From assembly GCA_020725895.1 (NCBI GenBank), contig DYTO01000006.1:17725-41724 (forward strand): DNA of 24,000 nucleotides. The letters are read 5' to 3'. Position 1 is the stretch's first letter. Each line of letters opens with the position of its first letter. The translations under genes were made by a program, and so were the position numbers. This document shows positions 23,668 through 24,000 of this stretch, piece by piece. The notes under the pieces are model-generated. The model saw nothing but the letters and a program-made list of their open reading frames with translations, had not been told where the DNA came from and made no database searches. This DNA is from Candidatus Hadarchaeum sp. Lineage in GTDB: Archaea > Hadarchaeota > Hadarchaeia > Hadarchaeales > Hadarchaeaceae.

Positions 23668-24000
23668 TCAAGACGTCCCGCCGACAACCTTTCCGGCCCG
23701 GAGGACAAGCTCGCCGCCGCCGTTTCCCTCGTCGTAGATTACCCAGGTCGTCAGAGGGGAAACCTCGGACATCCGCTTTATCGTCAGAAGCACGAGAAGG
23801 CGTTCCTGGTCGTTCTCGACGCGGGTGTAACCCCACCTCGACTCCTTGGGCTCGAGGCCTTCGACTATGTCGGATTTCCGCCACAGCTTTATCCTCTCCC
23901 AGAAGCCGCGCCCCTCGTTGAACTGCTCCCTGACCTGCCGGAGGCCCTGCATCTCCTCGGGATCTATCGGTTCCAGCGTTTGGTAGTGTATCAGTTTCAT
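23668..24000 (-). CDS. Hypothetical protein; its Met codon sits exactly at the window edge, so it may be 5'-partial
   Basis: 110-aa ORF ending 8 nt before the next ATG, which makes it operonic. I recognise no motifs. The frame may continue beyond nt 24000. Confidence 0.4.
   Translation of the reverse strand: MKLIHYQTLEPIDPEEMQGLRQVREQFNEGRGFWERIKLWRKSDIVEGLEPKESRWGYTRVENDQERLLVLLTIKRMSEVSPLTTWVIYDEGNGGGELVLRAGKVVGGTS

Overview
Archaeal chromosomal segment, identified by the archaeo-eukaryotic primase, Alba, aIF2-alpha, Nop10, r-proteins L44e/S27e, oligo-T terminators, TATA-like promoter boxes and GGAGGTG-type Shine-Dalgarno motifs. From 1-4722 (+) there is a tightly packed information-processing block with overlapping starts and stops: priL-priS-gins51, then rpl44e-rps27e-aIF2alpha-nop10-PAC2. 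From 4756-8089 (+) come EndoQ, a 58-aa 2x[4Fe-4S] ferredoxin whose end overlaps a geranylgeranyl reductase, and a metallophosphoesterase. From 8086-13457 (-) come aspS, a small membrane protein, alba, two acidic hypothetical ORFs that look like pieces of one broken secreted-protein gene, and hcp (hybrid cluster protein). From 13502-15611 (-) lies an accessory-looking cassette: a small HTH protein, an ExeA/TniB-like AAA+ ATPase, and an HTH-HNH-wHTH nuclease translationally coupled to that ATPase. A 315-bp A/T-rich spacer bounds the cassette. From 15927-22433 come a PHP phosphoesterase, a [NiFe]-hydrogenase maturation cluster (hypD, hypC fused to a hot-dog thioesterase, hypE on -, hypF on +) and nikR. 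The window ends with a signal-peptide/C-terminal-anchor surface protein and a small two-gene operon running off the edge. The best candidates for something undescribed are the coupled HNH-nuclease/AAA+ ATPase cassette and the HypC-thioesterase fusion. Also notable are a 4 x 30-bp phased repeat array upstream of a promoter, a perfect palindrome over a TATA box, and a gene carrying an in-frame TGA plus a frameshift. All calls come from reading the translations and the DNA by eye. No database search was run.
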